IMG/VR virus record: IMGVR_UViG_3300045988_020221
Coordinates: 1 to 44,422 of that record
Origin: a virus
Length of the DNA stretch: 44,422 nt
Strand: one strand, 5' to 3'
In this document: one piece after another, positions 42,269 to 44,422 of the stretch
How the letters are laid out: each line of letters opens with the position of its first letter
How positions within the stretch are numbered: the first letter of the stretch is position 1
Program-made: the position numbers and the translations under genes
Notes under the pieces: generated by a model
What the model saw: the letters and a program-made list of their open reading frames with translations, nothing else
Databases searched by the model: none
What the model was told of the DNA's origin: nothing

Positions 42269-42379
42269 TTAGTCCTCCCAAGGTTCAGGTGTTCGGGTCG
42301 TGCCGGTCAAAATGGTGGCGGGCATCCCGTCAATGATGGTCATTTCGTTTTCTTTACCGTTTCTTTGCTCGAAATCCAT
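42269..42379 (-). CDS. 36-aa micro-ORF (MDFEQRNGKENEMTIIDGMPATILTGTTRTPEPWED)
   Basis: AGAGGTG RBS. Its stop sits 2 nt before the next start. Confidence 0.4.
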   Translation of the reverse strand: MDFEQRNGKENEMTIIDGMPATILTGTTRTPEPWED

Positions 42380-42536
42380 TTTATTTCACCTCTGTTTTTG
42401 TTCAATTCGTCCAACTTGTTTTAGATTTTACCATTTTATGGGAAAACTTGAAGGATTTATGCTCTGTCGAGTGGCATGGGTTTTCCCCATGTCACTTTTT
42501 GTTTTTATGGCATGGAAATTTGTGAGGTTGTAATTG

Positions 42537-43130
42537 ATGAGCTACTTTACTGCGGAAAAGCTTGGTGTCGCATTGGCGCGGGCCAGAGTCGCGGCAGGCT
42601 TGAGCCAAGTCGAGATGGCCCGCCGTATCAACAAGGGAAAGGCTACGGTCCAGAGCTGGGAGTGCGGGGCGTCCAGCCCACCAGCCGACAAGATAATGGA
42701 CTGGTTCGAGGCTTGCGGGACTTCTCCGCTCCCCGCCATGCAAGAAATGCTGCACCCGGAGCTTTACAAAGAACCCATACAGCGCAAATCAGACGAAGAG
42801 CTGGATGAGGTACTTACAGAATACTTTCGCACAGCGCCGCGAATTGTAAAAGAGATGGTGCTGTTTATTCTTTTGGGGCGACATGGCAGCTATCCGCCGG
42901 CGGTGTTTGCTGAGGTGTGTGCAAATCTGCATACTCCCTTGCAAAACAAAGTGTCTGTCTGCGGCCAGATACTGGACAACTACGGGTTCGCCGTGGCTAC
43001 AGGGACGGACCCGATTCCGTGGGAAGTCCAGCCGCCAGTGAATCTGCTGAGGTCGGCGTATCAGGCAGGCAAAGAGGCCGCGAAGAGCGGCGAGGCCGAC
43101 TATACCGCAAAGCGAGGTGAAGAGCCTTGA
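42537..43130 (+). CDS. XRE HTH protein with a C-terminal domain, co-oriented with the integrase
   Basis: AGLSQVEMARRINKGKATVQSWECG. Confidence 0.75.
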   Translation: MSYFTAEKLGVALARARVAAGLSQVEMARRINKGKATVQSWECGASSPPADKIMDWFEACGTSPLPAMQEMLHPELYKEPIQRKSDEELDEVLTEYFRTAPRIVKEMVLFILLGRHGSYPPAVFAEVCANLHTPLQNKVSVCGQILDNYGFAVATGTDPIPWEVQPPVNLLRSAYQAGKEAAKSGEADYTAKRGEEP

Positions 43131-44260
43131 AGTGCATCCGCGCCTGCTGCCGTCGGGAAATACCGGATGATGCATCTTTTTGCCCCTACTGCGGCAAGAA
43201 GCAGCCCGAATCCGCCCCGCAGCAAAGAAAAAAGCGCCGCCGCCCAAAGGGCAGCGGCAGTGTATATAAGTTGAGCGGGACGAGGTCAAAGCCGTATGTG
43301 GCCCTGACAGCCAAGCGAGACGTTCTGGGGACGTTTGCGACGCCGGGCGAAGCAGTACAAGCACTGGACGCTTACAACGCCCAGAATACCCCCGCAGCGC
43401 GTCTGAAATGCACTTTTGCGGATGCCTACGCCCAATGGAAAGCGCAGCCCAAATTTGACAAGCTCAGCACTGACATGAAAAAGGGTTATGAGCTGGCCTA
43501 TGCAAAGGCTGCGCCGCTGTATGACCGACAGCTCCGGGACTTAAAAGCCGCAGACTATCAACAGGTGATTGACCAGATGGTGGAAAAGGGCCTCTCCCGC
43601 AGCTCCTGCGAAAAGCAGCGCACACTTTTCAGCCAGATCTGCGAGTGGGCAATGGCTCAGGACATCATAAACAAAAACTATGCCATGCTCTTGCAGCTCC
43701 CAGCGGCTACAGGCAAGGCAGAGCGCACCTTGACCGCTCAAGAGATAGAGCAGATAAGCAGCCGACAAGACGACCCGAAGCTTGGGCAGACAGCCCAAAT
43801 CGCAATGGTGCTGCTCTACACCGGCATGCGTATCGATGAGCTGCTCTCCATGCGCTGCGACGATGTGCACCTGAAAGAGCGGTACATGCAGGGCGGTGAG
43901 AAGACCGAGGCTGGCAAAAACCGCATCATCCCTATTTTGGACCCCATTTACAAAATCATTGTCTTTTGGATGCTTGACAGCGGCTGTGAGTGGCTGATAC
44001 CGTCCAAAGCCGGTACAAAGCTGGACAAGCGCAACGTGGCTACAAAGTTTCGGGACTTGATGCAGGAATGCCACATAGAGGGGGTGCATCCGCATACGCT
44101 GCGCCACACGGCCAGCAGCAAGATGGTGGAGTGCGGGCTGGAAAAGACCGCCGTGCAGGCCATCTTGGGTCACAAAAATTTTTCCACCACGGCCAACAAG
44201 TACGTCTCCCACAATGACCCGGGATATCTGTTGCGGGAAATGCAAAAGATGAAGTATTGA
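43127..44260 (+). CDS. int: tyrosine integrase with an N-terminal zinc ribbon
   Basis: TTG start overlapping the upstream TGA. CCRREIPDDASFCPYCG. C-terminus HTLRHTASS...LGHKNFSTTANKYVSH. Confidence 0.9.
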   Translation: MKCIRACCRREIPDDASFCPYCGKKQPESAPQQRKKRRRPKGSGSVYKLSGTRSKPYVALTAKRDVLGTFATPGEAVQALDAYNAQNTPAARLKCTFADAYAQWKAQPKFDKLSTDMKKGYELAYAKAAPLYDRQLRDLKAADYQQVIDQMVEKGLSRSSCEKQRTLFSQICEWAMAQDIINKNYAMLLQLPAATGKAERTLTAQEIEQISSRQDDPKLGQTAQIAMVLLYTGMRIDELLSMRCDDVHLKERYMQGGEKTEAGKNRIIPILDPIYKIIVFWMLDSGCEWLIPSKAGTKLDKRNVATKFRDLMQECHIEGVHPHTLRHTASSKMVECGLEKTAVQAILGHKNFSTTANKYVSHNDPGYLLREMQKMKY

Positions 44261-44284
44261 TTTGTTAGATTGTTTGTTAGATTG
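44261..44284. repeat. 12-bp tandem repeat, two copies (candidate integrase arm-type sites)
   Basis: TTTGTTAGATTG twice. A related CTTGTTAGTCACACGTTAGC lies at 88-107 near attL. Confidence 0.5.
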
Positions 44285-44330
44285 TCACGTTCATTCAGGA
44301 GATTTTAAGGTATTTCAAGCAAAAAGAAAA

Positions 44331-44372
44331 ACGCACGGACGATTTGTTTTTATCGTTCGTGCGTTTATTTTT
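44331..44372 (+). terminator. rho-independent terminator after int
   Basis: ACGCACGGACGAT/ATCGTTCGTGCGT stem followed by TTATTTTT. Confidence 0.7.
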
Positions 44373-44422
44373 GGAGCTGGTGACAGGAGTTGAACCTGCA
44401 ACCCACTGATTACAAATCAGTT
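44368..44422 (-). tRNA. attR core = 3' part of host tRNA-Thr(UGU), truncated by the window edge
   Basis: Reverse complement reads anticodon arm ACTGA-TTTGTAA-TCAGT, T arm GCAGG-TTCAACT-CCTGT, acceptor CACCAGC and TCCA. The 5' half lies beyond 44422. Confidence 0.8.

Larger units (their letters stand above)
1..44422. mobile_element. Integrated temperate siphovirus-like prophage bounded by att direct repeats
   Basis: Identical 55-bp repeats at both window ends. Integrase lies beside the right repeat. Complete lysogeny, replication, packaging, head, tail and lysis modules lie between. Confidence 0.93.

Overview
The window is one complete, integrated temperate siphovirus-type prophage of about 44.3 kb. 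It is bounded by a perfect 55-bp direct repeat (1-55 = 44368-44422), which is the 3' part of a minus-strand tRNA-Thr(UGU) gene. The intact tRNA copy runs off the right edge, next to the tyrosine integrase. Reading right to left on the minus strand: lysogeny/immunity genes on the + strand (integrase, two XRE-type HTH proteins, an Ltp-type superinfection-exclusion protein), then a divergent cro-like switch. The early operon follows, with an AntA/KilAC antirepressor, a Rad52-like annealase, SSB, a DnaD-type replisome organizer with internal iterons, RusA, and a C5-methyltransferase-like gene. Next come a sigma-region-4-like late regulator, a tRNA / tRNA-like block, terS/terL, portal, Mu-F-like head protein, scaffold, major capsid, connectors, major tail protein, G/GT chaperones with a clear -1 frameshift site, tape measure, Dit, Tal and a collagen-motif tail fibre. 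A GH25 endolysin with an LL-H-type holin comes next, and the left arm carries cargo. AT-richer, self-contained inserts interrupt this layout: an HTH + SPPY methyltransferase cassette, and an HTH/antirepressor module inside the head gene block. The items most worth follow-up are: (1) a 0.53-kb ORF-free, strongly purine-skewed tract in the early operon, just downstream of a protein with a RAMP-like motif pattern; (2) aberrant tRNA-like genes, including a Lys(UUU)-like one with a 68-nt insertion; (3) a G9 tract that splits the C5-methyltransferase-like gene; (4) the left-arm operon of unusual low-complexity or Cys-rich proteins. All functional calls rest on motifs I recognise by eye. No database search was run.
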